Positions 44,465-64,000 of a stretch of DNA of 64,000 nt are shown here, piece by piece (within the stretch, counting starts at the first letter, position 1; each line of letters begins with the position of its first letter). Below the pieces are notes generated by a model. The model was not told the origin of the DNA. It saw nothing but the letters and a program-made list of their open reading frames with translations, and did no database searches. Location: the NCBI RefSeq assembly GCF_009914755.1, contig NC_060931.1. One strand, written 5' to 3'. Made by a program: the position numbers and the translations under genes. This stretch comes from the human T2T-CHM13v2.0 reference genome, Homo sapiens.

Positions 44465-46020
44465 CGATACATATTATTTTATATAATTGCTTTTTAGGTC
44501 AGTTAAGAGAAGAAGAAAATGTGTGTTTATATTGTCTTTTATAATTTCATAATTACCTTTACTTTGTGGGGATTCGAATTATCTGGGGTCACTCGCTTTC
44601 AGCCTGTAGAACTTTCTTTAGTATTTCTTGTAAGCTGGAATGCTAGCAACAAATTCTCTTTTTTAAATCAAGGAAAGTATTTTGCCTTCATTTTTGAAAG
44701 GACAGCTTTACTGGACATGGGATTCTTGGCTCATTTTTTTTCCTTTGAGCAATCTGAGCCCACTACCTTTTGGCATCCTTTGTTTCTGCTGAGAAGTCAG
44801 CTGTTAATGTTATTGGGACTCCCTTGTAAGTGAAGTATAGTTGTATTTGGGAAGGGGGCGTGGGGAGTGGGTAAAGACAGGGTCTCACTATGTTGCCCAG
44901 GCTAGTCTTGAACTCCTGGCCTCAAGCGATCCTCCTGCCTTGGCCTCCTAAAGTGCTATGATTACAGGCGTCAGCCACCGCACCCAGCCGATTGTATAGT
45001 TTTTCCCTTGCTGTTTTCAGGGTTTTGTCCCTGACTTTTGACATTTTTACCACGATGTATCTGTTTGTGGGTCTTTTTGCATTAATCTTACTTGGAGTTT
45101 GTTGAGCTTCCTGGATGGATAGGCTATTGTATTTCAAAAAACTGGGAAGGTTTCATTCACTATTTCTTCAAGTTTTTTTCTCCATTACATCTCTCCTCTC
45201 CTTGTGGTATTCCTATAACATAGATGTTGGTATTCTTAATGGTATCCCACATTTATTTGAGGCTCTGTTTATTTTCTTCATTCTTTTCTTTCTGTTTTTT
45301 TGACTTGTGTAATCTCTATCACCCTAGCTTCAAGTTGGTGAATTCTTTTCTCTGCCAGGTCAAAGCTATTCACAGAACTAAAGGAAGGCATGAGCCACCA
45401 CAACCAGCCAAAACTGGGCATTTTAGATACATTGTTGCAACTCTGGGTACTGGTCCCCGCAGCTCTAAGGCTTGTTATTGTTGTTTGCTTTTTATCTGTT
45501 TAGTGATTGGCTGGATTATTTTAATGAAGTCTATCTCTCTCCCACAGTCTTAAATCTCTGATGTTCCTCAGCTAGACACAGCTTTGGGTATGCTAATAGT
45601 CACCTTGAGATGGCAGTGCTAATGGCAGGATTATCTTCCTCATTTTTTTTCTGACCACACCCAGATACTAAACTCCATTAACTGACTGCTCTACATTTTC
45701 AACAATGCCTTGAGGCAAAAACTCCTCTACAAAGGAATCTACAAAGGAGCTAATTGTAGCTCCTTTGATAGAACCTTTCTGAGGTCATGTTTGATATCTG
45801 CTCTGATTCCAGGAGGGGCTCCTCCCAGCTGTCTTATTCTCCGGATCTCTCCTTGGAGCTAGCTTACCTTCAGCTATCTTCACTAGAACTACAAGTCTCC
45901 TCCCATTGCCTTTCACCACACTGCCAGGGTTTTTTTGAGAATACCCTTAGGTTTAAACTTCTCCAGGTTCAGTTGCAAATGAAGTCACTTACTTGGGGAA
46001 GAGAATAGAGGCTGTTTTTC
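44465..46020 (-). mobile_element. Old L1M 5'/ORF1 region with an embedded FLAM (44875-44989)
   Basis: gagaagtcagctgttaat, cttggagtttgttgagcttc; ORF 44922..45137 is L1 ORF1-like (IQEAQQTPSKINAKRPTNRYIVVKMSK). Confidence 0.7.
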
Positions 46021-46459
46021 TCTTTTTTCCTTTTCCTTTCCCCTTCCTCCTCTCCTTTCTTTGCCTTTCTTTTTCTATTTCCTTCTTTTAGAAAGGGTGT
46101 TGCTCTGTCACCTAAGCTGGAGTATAGTGGTGTGATCCCCATTCACTGCTGCCTTGACTTCCCAGGCCCAAGTGATCCTCCCACCTCAGCCTCCCAAGTA
46201 GCTGGGACTACAGGTGTGGACTACCAAGCCCAGTTAACTTTTTTATTTTTTGTAGAGACGGGGTCTGTTTTGCTCAGGCTGGTCTCAAACTCCTGGGCTC
46301 AAGCCATCTGCCTGCCTTGGTCTCCCAAACTGCTGACCGACTGCCATGTCTGACCCAGGACCTGTTTTATTGCCTGCCTCTACCCAAGTAAAAATCTTTA
46401 TGCCAGGGCTCTGGACCTGAGGGTGGAGAAAATGGCAAGCTTCTTTCTGACTGACACCT

Positions 46460-47110
46460 TGTAGAAGACCAGGTCTCACTAATGTAGGCCTCCATAACAA
46501 CTTTTAGAACTGACTGAGTGGTTAAGCTAAATATTAAAAGCTGAAAGAGCCCATGTCCTTATACAAAGGTTGAGATATAACAAAAGCCTACCAAGAGTTT
46601 TCCTTAGGCCTTTCCTGGGCCTTAAAGCATGACAAGATAACGAAGGAATTCTTAACAGGACCCGTTTAGGATTTAAAAAGTTTTACTCAGGATCTGAAGA
46701 AACTCTCCAGGCCTCCACAAACAAGTTTATAGGTAGTCTAAAGAACTCCCCAAACCTCCATGATTTAGTAGGAGAGAAGATAAGAGTAATCACCCCAGCA
46801 CCTGGGGCCCATTTAGATGAAGTAATTTACTGAGGCTCCAGAGGAAGGTCTTCAAGACTCAGAACTTATAGATTAAAATAAGCTAATCACTTATGTCTTT
46901 AGATAAATGCACACTTACATGTAGACATACAGCTTAGAAGGTATATGAGCTCTGGAAAACTTTGTAATTTTGAGTTGGTGTGGCAATATTTTCTGGGCCT
47001 TATCCCTGCAACTGGTTACAGAAATAAAAAACTCTCCTCCTCTCCAGTTCTGCATCTTGTTATTGGGCAGCAAGAAATAGCAGCCCAACCCTCAGTTTGG
47101 TCTGGGAACA
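46460..47110 (+). mobile_element. Intact 651-bp ERV1-class solo LTR (family not identified)
   Basis: TGTAG...GGAACA termini; perfect 4-bp TSD ACCT (46456-46459, 47111-47114); TATA-like gtatatga near 46941 and AATAAA near 47023. Confidence 0.85.
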
Positions 47111-47825
47111 ACCTCATTCTAGGAAGTGAGCACTTGGTGGAAGGCAATTGCATGAGGTCCTTTCAGTTTATATTTCCCAGCAAAGAATCACTATTTCAAA
47201 AGCCCAGGCAAAGGTAATTAGGGCCCCAGTACTTTGAGCCTGCCATACTCAAGGACCCATTCATTGCGTGGGAATTGGGCACAATATGGGAGCTCCCTAC
47301 TCCTGACCTCGCTTACCTGAAAGTTAGCCTCAGCAGCTTTCTGCTGAGGTCATTATTAGAAATGTTGAGGCCCTGCTCTTCCCAGGAAGAGAGCCTTCCA
47401 GCTGAGAGCTAGGAGGGAGCCCTGTGTTCTTGGCTACTGCAGTCTAGAGAACGATCTCCACTTCACTAAGCTAAGGCGGGTAAGACGGGAACAATCTTGA
47501 CTCAAATACCACAGGCTCCAGTTTTTCTGACCACATTTTCCTAGACTTTCTTGAATAGATGTTTCTTCATTTTGCTGTTTGCTCTTAGGACCATTTCTGG
47601 ACTCCAACTTAAATGAACTCATTCTTTGGGGCTCCACACTGCTTTTAGTTGTCCTCCTATCTCACCACTTTTTCTGTCTTTGTCTCCTTTGTAGGCTGCC
47701 ATTCCACTGTCTAATCTATAAATGCTGGTACCTTTCTTGGGCCAAGGCTCTCTTTTCTCTCCATATATAACTTCCCTATGTAATCTCTTCCAATTCCACG
47801 ATTTAAAAAAATGTACATGATGATG

Positions 47826-48176
<351 letters not shown>

Positions 48177-48665
48177 TTACCTTTTCAACAACTCTATTTG
48201 CATTTTCAATTCACCAGTTTCAAAAGAAAAATATTAATTAAATACAATGCTTTGAAAAAATTTTTCCTATCTTAACCAGTCAGTCTTCCATTAACTAGTC
48301 GTATCCTTGATTCCCCTGTCCTCTCAAATCCATGGCTTGCCCTCTACATATCCTGTTTCAAAAATACATCTTGAATCAATCTAACCAAATTACCACCTCA
48401 TCTGCTCATCCTAGTTCAAGTCATTATCATCTCTTATCTGGATAAACAAAATAGCTTCCATCTTCCACTTCTCCAACTCTGTGCTGGCCCCCCCTAAGTT
48501 GTCTACATAGCAGTCAGAGTGCTAATTTTAAAATGTTTATCAGTTCACATCATTCCTCTAAATCAATGGTTTCTCACTTTATTAAGATAAACTCCAAGCC
48601 CTTTACCATTGCCTGTAAAGCTCTACCTGATCTCACATTTCCTTTCCTCTCTGATCCAATCTTAA

Positions 48666-49270
<605 letters not shown>

Positions 49271-49821
49271 GTCTTAATTTTCCTAAGGTCTCTAAATTTG
49301 TTCTTCTGCCTGCAAAAACCTTACTCTAAATTTCTCATGGTTGATTCTTCCACACTATTTAGATCTCAGGTCAAATGTTACCTCCTCATAGAAGCTTTCT
49401 CTGACATCCTATATAGTAAGCAACTCTACAGCATTGTTTTATTTGCTTCATAGCAATTATCAATACTGAAAATTTGACACAAGTAATGAATCATGAAAAA
49501 TGATATCCTGGCTATTCATGTTTTGATTCTGTTCTGATTCCTCTAGGGCCTGATTCCATTCATTTTCTCTTTTCTTTCTTACATCTCCCATCTCTTTTTC
49601 TCTCCACTGGCTACTTCCATCTATGAAAACTCAACTCTTCCTTGTTTGTGTCCTTGAACCCTCAAGATTTTTTGACATCTTCGAATATGGCCTCCTATAT
49701 CTCGTTTTCCTCACCAACCACATTACTGAATTCATCTCCAAAAAGTGACAATAATATCCTATTAGTGAAAACACAGTAGCTTTTTTTACTCTAATTTGTT
49801 TTGCCTCCATTGAATTTACTG

Positions 49822-50244
49822 TTTTATTTTATTTATTTTTTGAGACTGAGTCTTGCTTTGTCACCCAGACTGGAGTGCAGTGGCACGATCTCGGCTCATT
49901 GCAACATCCGCCTCCCAGGTTCAAGCCATTCTCTTGCTCAGCCTCCCAAGTAGCTGGGATTACAGGCATGCACCACCACGCCTACATAATTTTTTGTTTT
50001 TTTCAGTAGAGATGGTGTTTCACTGTTTTGGCCAGACTGGTCTCGAACTCCTGACCTCAGGTGATCTGCCCACGTTGGCCTTCCAAAGTTCACGGTCTTT
50101 CTTCTTTCTTTTCCTTCCCTTCCCTTCCCCTTCCTTCCTCACACAGTGACCTACCTTCCTTCCTTCCTTCCTTCTTTCCCTCCCTCCCTCCCCTCTCTCT
50201 CCCTCTCTTTTCTTTTCTTTCTCTTTCTTTCTTTTTCTTTCTTT
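49822..50244 (-). mobile_element. AluS (49822-50089) abutting a polypyrimidine (CCTT/CTTT)n tract (50095-50244)
   Basis: Alu motifs and CT-rich low-complexity sequence. Confidence 0.88.
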
Positions 50245-51160
50245 CACACAAGGAACATATATTCATTTTACATAAAAGCAGAAAATACAAAATTAGGATT
50301 CCACCTCCTGGAAATAACTGTTACTGTTTGCTTTGTATATTTCTAGACCTTTTTTAGTACATGCACATAGATTTAAAAATAAAACTAAGGCAGAAATAGA
50401 ATACTATATTTGCTATTTTATATATACTTTTAAAAAATATGATATATCATTAAATCTTTGCAGATCAACAGACATAGGTTCTGTTCTCTTTTGCCCTCTC
50501 TATTAGGACTTACTGAATCTGCCTATTATAAAAGAGTTATTGAGAAGATAATCTGGTCTCATTCTATGATTCTAACCTATCATGGCCATTTATTTTGCCA
50601 GTCAAAACTACTCTTTTTTTTTTTTTTTTTTTTTAAAGAGAGACAGGGTCTCACTATGCTGCCCAGGCTGGCCTCTAACTCCTAGGCTCAAGAGACCTTC
50701 CCCAGTAGCTGGGATTACAAGCATGTGTCACACTGCCCAGCACGAGTCAGAACTTCCATATACTGTATTCTGCCAGTCAGAGCTTCTAACTATACTGGAC
50801 ACAAATTCAACTATATGTATTTAGGAATAAAATTAAAAGAGAAACAAACAACTGTTTAAACAGCACCCATGAGTCTATCCAACATTTTTCTTACAAGATA
50901 GGTGATAAGAAACTGCTACTGCTTTAGCCAGCCTTGACACAATAAATATGATTCTAGTGTTTAAAGAAAGGTGTGAAAGCCAATCACTTGATCTGATGCT
51001 CAAATTGAAAGTTTAAAATACTCTTTCAATTTTGGAGGAAAAGCTGGGCGGGCTAAACTTGCTGAGATGGTATACTGGTTTCCAATATGGCTCCTAAATA
51101 TGGCTATACTACTATACTTCATGGGTGACCTAAGAGATTTTCAGGGGTAATTTTAACTAT

Positions 51161-51722
<562 letters not shown>

Positions 51723-52157
51723 CTCTGCTTTTTGTTAACACATTGACTGAGAACCTATCCCAGCATAAGATTTATCTCCCCTGTAGTTTCTGAACACCCA
51801 AGTTCCTTTTATGTCACATTTATGCAAGTGGTCCATCAATAAATGATACTGTCTGAGGTAATTACAGGTATATTATAACATCGATTAAAATACAATGACC
51901 ACAGCATGATCATCTTCTAGCTTCTCATCATCCTACTTAGTGTTACACTTTAAAATTGACTCCAGCAGGAGCCACAAGTGTTCAACTAAGGGTGAAAAAT
52001 TGACTTATTCAGTTAAAAGTCTTGCAAAGTCTTTTAAGGTATACAAATAAACTACAAATATTTAGAGACTTGGTATATACTTAATTTATAATTTAAAATA
52101 AAAATAAAAGATAAAATTTAAAATAAAAATAAAATTAAGATGCCAACTAACAGGTCA

Positions 52158-52403
<246 letters not shown>

Positions 52404-52584
52404 TTAGAAAAATAATAAAATGTAGTAAATGTTTCTTTTGCATATGAAGATATGTTCCAAATAACCCATACTATAGGGCAAACCAAAGACGTGTTCTAAT
52501 GAGGCCTTTTATAATAATGCTAATAATAATAATTTTCCACTCTGACTATTCACTGCATTTGATGTGCAGGTCATATTTTGAAAC

Positions 52585-56595
<4,011 letters not shown>

Positions 56596-57124
56596 AGAGA
56601 AATTATCTCAGAGAAAACTTCTTTGGCCTCCCTCTTCCCTGATAAAGCAGCAATGCACCATGGGCCTCAAGTAACACTATATGTTCTTTCACGGCATGCC
56701 AATAATGCAAGGCCCTGGGTTTGCTCTTGTATTTGGCAAGAAATCTTGAGAGATATGGTAACATCATCCTGCAGACAGATAGCAGACTCATTTACTATTC
56801 ACTACAAAAGTAGTAGTTTCTTCAAGCTGAAAGTTCCTTACCTGCCATGCAATCTCTGTACATGCACCATCCACATGGGCCCATGTCATATCACCCTATA
56901 ATATTTGGAGGCATGTGAAACTAAAAAACAATATGCTAATGCTCATGATTCTTGCTGTGTTGTAATAAAGTTCTAAACATATTTGTTTGAAGTATGTTTC
57001 TCCTACTTGGCTGTTAACTCCATGAAGGCAAGGACAATGCCTTTTTTCTTCAAAGCACGTTTGGTACCTAGCACAGTGCCTTGTAATAGCAGAAGTAAAT
57101 ATTTCTTAAATAATAGAATGAAGT

Positions 57125-57778
57125 TTTTGGTTTTTTTTCTTTTTTTTCTTAGAGATGAGGTCTCACTTTGTTGCCCAGGCTGGTCTCAAATGATCCTCCC
57201 ACCTCGGCCACCAAAGTGTTGAGATTACAGGTGTGAGCTATCATGCCCAGTTGAATATGTTTTTTCTTTTTAGGGGACAGTATCATTTTCACAAAAATCT
57301 TATCTATACAGAACAAATTACTACTGAGGGTTTAAGCCAAACTTTGTCTATATTATCTCAGCAAATGTGATTGATTAATTAACTGTAAGTTACTTAAGTC
57401 AATTATATTTAAAGCTTACAAACAAGTATTATATATTTAAATCTTGACACTAAGTTTTTTTGTTTGTTTGTTTTTTGTTTTTAGAGACAAGGTCTCAGTC
57501 TGTCACCCACGCTGGAGTACAGTGGCACAGTCACGGCTCACTGTAGCCTTGACCTCATGGGCTTAAGCAATCCTACCTCAGCCTCCCAAGTAGCTGGGAC
57601 CATAGATATGCACCACTACACCCAGGTAATTTTATTTACTTTTTAATTTTTGTAGAGATGAGGTCTCCCTATGTTGCTCAAACTCCTAGGCTGGTCTCAA
57701 ACTCCTAGGCTCAAGGAATCCTCCCACCTCAGTCTCCCAAAGCACTGGGATTACAGGAATGAGCCACCACACCCAGCC
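57125..57778 (-). mobile_element. FLAM (57125-57250) and AluJ (57455-57778)
   Basis: Alu motifs in reverse. Confidence 0.85.
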
Positions 57779-58889
57779 AAAGGTAAGTTCTACTGTAATT
57801 TATTTGATATGTAGTTATAAAGTGTTCATATTACCTATACAATTTTAATTATTTGATGAAAATTTATAGTACACCTACTGTACATTCTGATAATCAAATA
57901 ATTTATACAAGGAAAATTACAGGTTAATTCCCAGTTACCTGGGAATGTATTATTCAGATTATTGCCTTGTGCAAACTTGTTTTTTTTAAATTAATCACTA
58001 GTGATTACAACACAGGCACAAATGTGGAAATTAAACTCACATTAAACAACCTAATTACTATTAAAACAATATTTTATAATTTAGAAGATAATTCTATGTA
58101 TTGTACTCCTACCAGGTAATAATAGGTCTGGGGAAAAACCTCTGATTAAGAAAGTATGCCTTTGATTTTATTCCCCTATCTTTGTCTTCTTGAATTCACT
58201 GCAAAAAGAACCCCCACAGTTTCCAAAATGTGTAGGGACAGACCCATCCGAAACCTTGACCTAATTCACATGAAGATTAAAGGATATAAATAGTCTATAT
58301 GCTCAATTTCTCTCTTCCCATCTTCTCTATTCCAGTACCTTCTTTTATTTTCTTCCCTAGCCCTGAACACTGTAAGAAGTTACTAATTTGTATTGACTGT
58401 CCTTCCCCTTTAAAATGTGAGTTAAATGAAAGCAGGGTTATTATTTGTCTTATTTTCCTCTGTGTTTCTTTTACCTAGATTTAACACTTAGCATTCAATT
58501 ACTGAATGAACAAATGAATTGAAAGTAGAATGAAAAGGGGGTCTAGGTTTGGAGTTATGTCATTTCCCCCTTGGAGTTATATCAGCCTTATCTTAATCTT
58601 CTTACTACCCCTACATCCCTGGTTTAAGGCTTCACAGGACAGCTCTAATGTATTCTTTATCCCAGAGTTGGAGCAATCTTAGGTCTTGTCTTAGTCTTGA
58701 CTAGCTGTGCCTAAACCTCAGCCTGTATGACGCTGCTTCTCCTGCATCTCCCTATAAAAGGACCAAAGACCTCCTGTCTAGGAAACTGGCTGCGGTCTGG
58801 CCAAGAAAAGGCAGTACTCCTTAAAACTCTGCCAACCTTCAGATGCCCAAATACTGGGCAGTGCCAAATATACCTGGAAGGATTTAAGC

Positions 58890-59230
58890 ATTCATCCATT
58901 CAACAAATATCTGCTGACCACTTACTACATGCCAAATACTGTTGTAAAAGCTGGATATGCAAGGGTAAACAAAATAAGCAAGTTCCTTTCCATATAGAGA
59001 TTATACTCGAGTGAAGAAGGACAATAAACAAGTCATTATGTAACATAATGTCAGGAAGTGCTAAATGTCTTGAAGAAAAATAAAGCAAGGTTAGAGAAGA
59101 GACAGACAGGATGTGCTATTTTATGTACTTACCTGGGAGGACCTCTCTGAATGAAGCAAGGATATGCTCCATCTGGATATTCAGGGAAAGAGCAATTCAG
59201 ATAGAAGAAACAGCAAATGCAAAGGACATG
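58890..59230 (-). mobile_element. L2 3' region
   Basis: cattcatccattcaacaaatat...cttactacatgccaaatactg. Confidence 0.7.
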
Positions 59231-59500
59231 GAATAGATTATCCTAGTAGAGGCTGCTGGTCATATTTTAAGAGAACTGCCTGTTGTTTGGAGGATTTGGC
59301 CTGAAACAGTCAGCCTTCATAGCTTAATTAAGTGCCGCCTTTGTGAGCAGGCTGCTACCCATTTCTTGCTCATTCCTTTTCCTAACTGGCCCAGTTCTCA
59401 ATCAACTGCCAGGCCTTCACCTATATCACCCAGATTATGAAAGCAAAGGAAGCCAGTAATCTATTGCCTTTAGGATGTCTTGAATGTTTTGTTTCATAAA

Positions 59501-60056
59501 TGTACTAGTTATCTATTGTCATGTAACAACTTGCCATAAACATTAACTGCTTATTTTAAAAACATACATATATTATATCATAATTTCTTTGGGTTGGGAA
59601 TCCTGGCATGGCTTAGTTTGGTCCTCTGCTTCAGGACCTCTCACAAGGCTGTCATCAAGGTATCAACCATGGGTGGAGTCTCATCTGAAGAGTCAACTGG
59701 GGAAGGATCTGCTTCCAAGCTCTTGTGGTTGTTAGCAGGATTCAGTTCCTTGTGAGCTGAGAGCCTCAGTTTCTAGCTTGCTGTTAGCTGGAAGCTGACC
59801 TTGGCTCTTGCCAAGTGGAATGGTATGACAGCTGCTTGTATCGTCAAAATGTGCAAGCAAAGAAGGCAATAGAGAGACCGCCTGAGAGCAAAATGGAGGT
59901 TAAAACCGTATGCAACCTAATCACAGGAGGGATACGCACTTTGTATGTACAAGTTAGAAGCAAGTTCTGCCTATATTTAAGAAGAAAAGATTACAAAAGT
60001 GTGCCAATACCAGTAGACAGATGTACTGAAGGCGATCTTAGAATCTTTCTGCCACA
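59501..60056 (-). mobile_element. MLT1F-like MaLR solo LTR with a perfect 5-bp TSD (ATAAA)
   Basis: tgtactagttatctattg...ggaaggatctgcttccaagctc...ctgccaca; ATAAA at 59496-59500 and 60057-60061. Confidence 0.82.
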
Positions 60057-61662
60057 ATAAAATATATCATATTTCATTCACATTAATGGGAATTATATAA
60101 AAGTCAAATACTAAGGGCCATACAGCAAACTTGCAAACACCTACTTTTCAAATACTTATATACTGTAAAGTATATTAATCCTTTCTAATACAAAACAATG
60201 ACAAAACAAAATCAGTTTTACATAAAAAATATAATTGTCTAGAGTATTATTGGAAAAAAATGCCCAAATACACTAAAAATAGTTCAGACATACAATAAGA
60301 GTACCAGAACAAAACACAGCTAAGTCATTTGCCCCAAGTTAATGTTTTTCATCATTCTTTCTGCTTTAGCCACTGAAGTGGGTAATAATTTTTAGAAGCA
60401 AATAAACATTTATATGAACTAAAGCTAATTGTAAATAAATGTAATTTTCTTTAATTATAGTTCAGAAAAACTCAAGCCAGAATAGAAATAAAACAGACCT
60501 TTGTAAAACTCAGAGAAATCTCATTTAAGATTAACAGATATTAAAATGCAAGTCTTATATACAAAATATTAGGATGGAATGAATGAAAATATCTGTCTAT
60601 AGCCCTAAGAGATTTCTCACATTTTGGTTTTCTATTGTTTCTCCTCCTCATAATGGCAGCAACACAAAGTTATGGAATCCAATACCAACTAGGTATGCAT
60701 TCTGTACTGCAATCCCTTATTTTTTAACAGGGATATAAAGCATACACAATCTCTTCCAAACTTCTAACTCTGTAAGCCTCAATCCACTGGTGATAGGAAA
60801 ATGGCCATCTTTCCTATCTCACAGAAAAACAAAGGCTTCTAGGAAAGAAACTCTTCAATTTTCTACCTTCTTCCCGTCTATTTCTAGTCTTCAACTTTGA
60901 CAGGAACACACGTCCAAGACCTATTTCTCAATTTCTGTTCTCTGTTTCATCCCAACTCATCTCCTCCAAGATTATTTGTTTCTTTTGTATTTTTAGCACC
61001 TCACTTTCTACTGGCTTCCTCTTAGGATCAATAAAAGATGCCTGAACATGCTCTCTCATGATATAAAAAAGTACAAACAAGATGCCAACACACTCCGCCT
61101 TAACTCTATAAACTATTCATTTGCAGCCACTGTCCTGTTGCTCCTTGTAATAACAGTCTGCACACATTTGCTTGCCTCTTCCAGACTGCAGCCAGACTTT
61201 CAACTGCCACAACACCACTGAAATTATTCTGGTGAAAATCACGCTATCATTCCAATTGCCAACAACAGTGGGCGTTTTTCTGATCTCTCATTTGATTTCT
61301 GTTGATCACTCTCTCCTTTGAAAAATACTGTCCATGACCCCATTCTTTCCTGTATTTTCTACTTCTCTAAATTTTTCTTTATTCTTCTGTGCTGACTTCC
61401 TTCCTCTGCCTTAAGTGCTTTCCTTAAAATTCTGAAAACACTGTTTTTATAGGTTTCAAACATATAATGTAGAGAGAATAGTATAATGAACCTCTGTGTA
61501 TCCATCACTTAGTTTCAGCATTTGTCAACTCTTGTTTTTATCTATATCCTGGCCAATGCCCCTCCATCACTACCAGTTATTTTGGAGCCAATATCATTCT
61601 ATCATTTCACTCATAATCACAAGTATATCTAATAGTAGGAACTATTTTCTTTATATAGCCAC

Positions 61663-61970
61663 AGGAGGTCATTATTCTAAGTGTAGTAACTCAGGAATGG
61701 AAAATCAAATATTGTATGTTCTCACTTATAAGTGGGAGCTAAGCTATATGAATGCAAAGACATAAGAATGATATAATGGACTTTAGGGACATGATGGGGG
61801 AGAAGGGTGGGAGTGGGGTGAGGAATAGAAGACTACATATTGGGTACACCCACTGCTTGGGTGATGGGTGTACAAAAATCTCTGAAATCACCACTAAAAC
61901 ACTTATCCATGTAACCAAAAACCACCTGAACCCTACAAATTATTGAAATAAAAATAAAAATTACACAAAA
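61663..61970 (+). mobile_element. Short L1PB-type 3' end with TSD TA(T/C)ATAGCCACAG, inserted into an older minus-strand L1M
   Basis: atgttctcacttataagtgggagctaagctat...aaatcaccactaaa...tattgaaataaaa; flanking direct repeat. Confidence 0.82.
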
Positions 61971-62263
61971 ATACATAGCCACAGTTCTCTTATACTTTAC
62001 AAAATTAACAATCAGTGGTGACATCTGCCTGATTGAGTTAGGAATTTTTTAATGCTTTGTTTGATTTAGGATCCATAAATAGTTCACCTATTATAACTAG
62101 TTGATATATCATCAACCTAATCTGTAGTTCTCTCATTTTATTCTTTTTCATTATTTGTCTAAGAAACTGGGACATTTGTCCTACAGAGTTTCCCATAGCC
62201 TAGATTTTGCAGATTCCATCCTCTGATCCTGTATTTCCTGTAAATCATCAGTTGAATCTAAAA

Positions 62264-62428
62264 TAGTGTTTTTCACCTTGACTGCATCTTGAAATAACTG
62301 AGGAGCTTTTAAAATTCCTTATGTTTGGGTCTTACTCTTAGAGACTCTAATGTAATTACAGCCCAGGCTTTGGGATTTTTAAACACTGTCCAAGTGATTC
62401 TAAAGAGCAACCAAGTTGAAAACCACTG
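62264..62428. mobile_element. MER5-type hAT relic
   Basis: agtgtttttcacc...ggagcttttaaaa...aagtgattctaa...ttgaaaaccactg. Confidence 0.65.
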
Positions 62429-64000
62429 ATATAGGTAAGAATTTGATCAGATTCCAGGTTTTATCATTTCTAACAGGACTACTGCATATGTAGTGACTGA
62501 ATTTTCTGAAGTGTTTGCCTTTTTAAATAAAATTAGCAGCCACTAATAATCATCCTTAGGTCTGCTAATTCATTGAAGACTGCAAAATGAAGAGATTCCA
62601 ACATTCATTCTGCATTTATTAGAGGCAATACTTAAATAAATAGAAATTTATCTCATGAATTATTTGGTTTCTCTGAGGTATCATTTGTTTAGGAAAGGCA
62701 GAAAAACATGTTTGATCGTGTTCCTTTTATTTACCAGTTTTCAAAGTTCCATACCATCATTAATGGTAACCAACCATTACCAATAAAAAAAGTATTTCTT
62801 TATTTGTATCACTATGAATGTATGGTGGATTTAGACAATCCCTTGCAATTGTTATCTTTATTGTATACTAAAATTATTCCATCTTTGGTAGATGGTCTAT
62901 TCAAAGTGTTTTCTGAGCCCTTTCAATACAACCCCAGTAGTCTCTGATATCTCCTTGGCTTTCTAATGTAAAGGGTTACAGAATTATTCTATACATTTCC
63001 TGCCCCAGATCTGGAATCAGCCATTTCCTCATGGAATTATGGTTTTTTAAAATGGGAAATCATGTGGAAAGACCACAACATAAGTGATAAAGGGGTTCAG
63101 TACTACTGAATGACAATTATTTCTAGGGCTTTTCGGTGGTCAGAGCTATGAAATATATATAAATCAAATATTTTTTAAAGAAAAAAATACATCATCACTT
63201 CACTTTGATCTCATTCACTTTGCATCTTCATTCTCTCATGCTGAAAATGCTATCATATCAATATGATTATTCATTTACTTTATCCCACACTACACACACA
63301 ACAGTCTGAAAATAACAAGTCTCCTTTAGCATGTAAGTCCATTTTTAAAAATAAAGATTATTTTGATTTTTACAGTTCGTTTTCTCTTCAGAGTTCCTTC
63401 AAATTAATAAAGACTTTAAATATTTAACACTTTAGGGATCCATCTCAACAGAATGTCTGTTATTTACTGAACACTGTGTTCTCTGATAGGACTATAGCAT
63501 GGAACAGAGGTAGGCAGAAGCTTTTTGCAGAGCCCAGTGGGAGACACAGATAAGCTAGTAGGTGTAGTAGTAATGCTACCATCAATATCTTGATTACTGA
63601 AAAGAGTTCATGGGTTGTGGGGGCAGTTTTTGTTGTCCTTTAAGGGTATCCCAGTAGGAATACAAGAAACAAATTACTGAGTTTAAAAGTAAAGGCATCA
63701 AATAAGCAGAAAGTCAAATGAAAGAGTTGGCTTTGTGTGGTTGTGTCACACATCTACATTCACTTATTTAATTTTACTTTGTAATTTTAGGAATTTTTTC
63801 ATTTTCATTTTGTTTTATAAATGTGTAAAATACTTATATGGCTTCAAACTTAAATCTACACAAAAAGTATATTCGTATATTCACAAAAGTCTAGCTTTTA
63901 TCCCTGTTCCTGCCAATGTATTCTTCATACCCAACCCCCTCTCTCCCAAGGACTGGCAACCATTTTTCTGGATTTTATAGTTTATCCTTCAGTTTTTTAA

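Overview
Primate (most likely human) genomic DNA: an AT-rich, repeat-dense interior portion of COG5 (conserved oligomeric Golgi complex subunit 5; chr7q22 from recall), transcribed on the minus strand. Six coding exons can be read directly from the sequence, each with AG/GT boundaries and matching phases: 52378-52174, 37786-37625, 35453-35354, 12437-12327, 10848-10786 and 2553-2450. From memory these are exons 12-17. Spliced, they give one open frame: [15 protein letters not shown]...PDYD-PEKALKD...[12 protein letters not shown]...SEQL-LSTQGDA...SVTK-VVSSQSS...SALK-AIHALME...EDFSG. The rest is intron filled with Alu/FLAM/FAM, L1 of several ages, L2, MIR, ERV1/MaLR solo LTRs, DNA-transposon relics and microsatellites. 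Nearly all ORF-track entries are spurious repeat-derived frames. I see no convincing previously undescribed biological system. The observations most worth following up are splicing-related (a weak in-frame exon 15/16 module with an upstream UG repeat; a QKI/RBFOX motif cluster after exon 14) and retrotransposition or repair scars (a twin-primed inverted L1, a retroposed LTR fragment, duplication-plus-hairpin scars, a 220-bp RY microsatellite inside an Alu). Repeat subfamily names are by eye and repeat boundaries are approximate unless a TSD is given.
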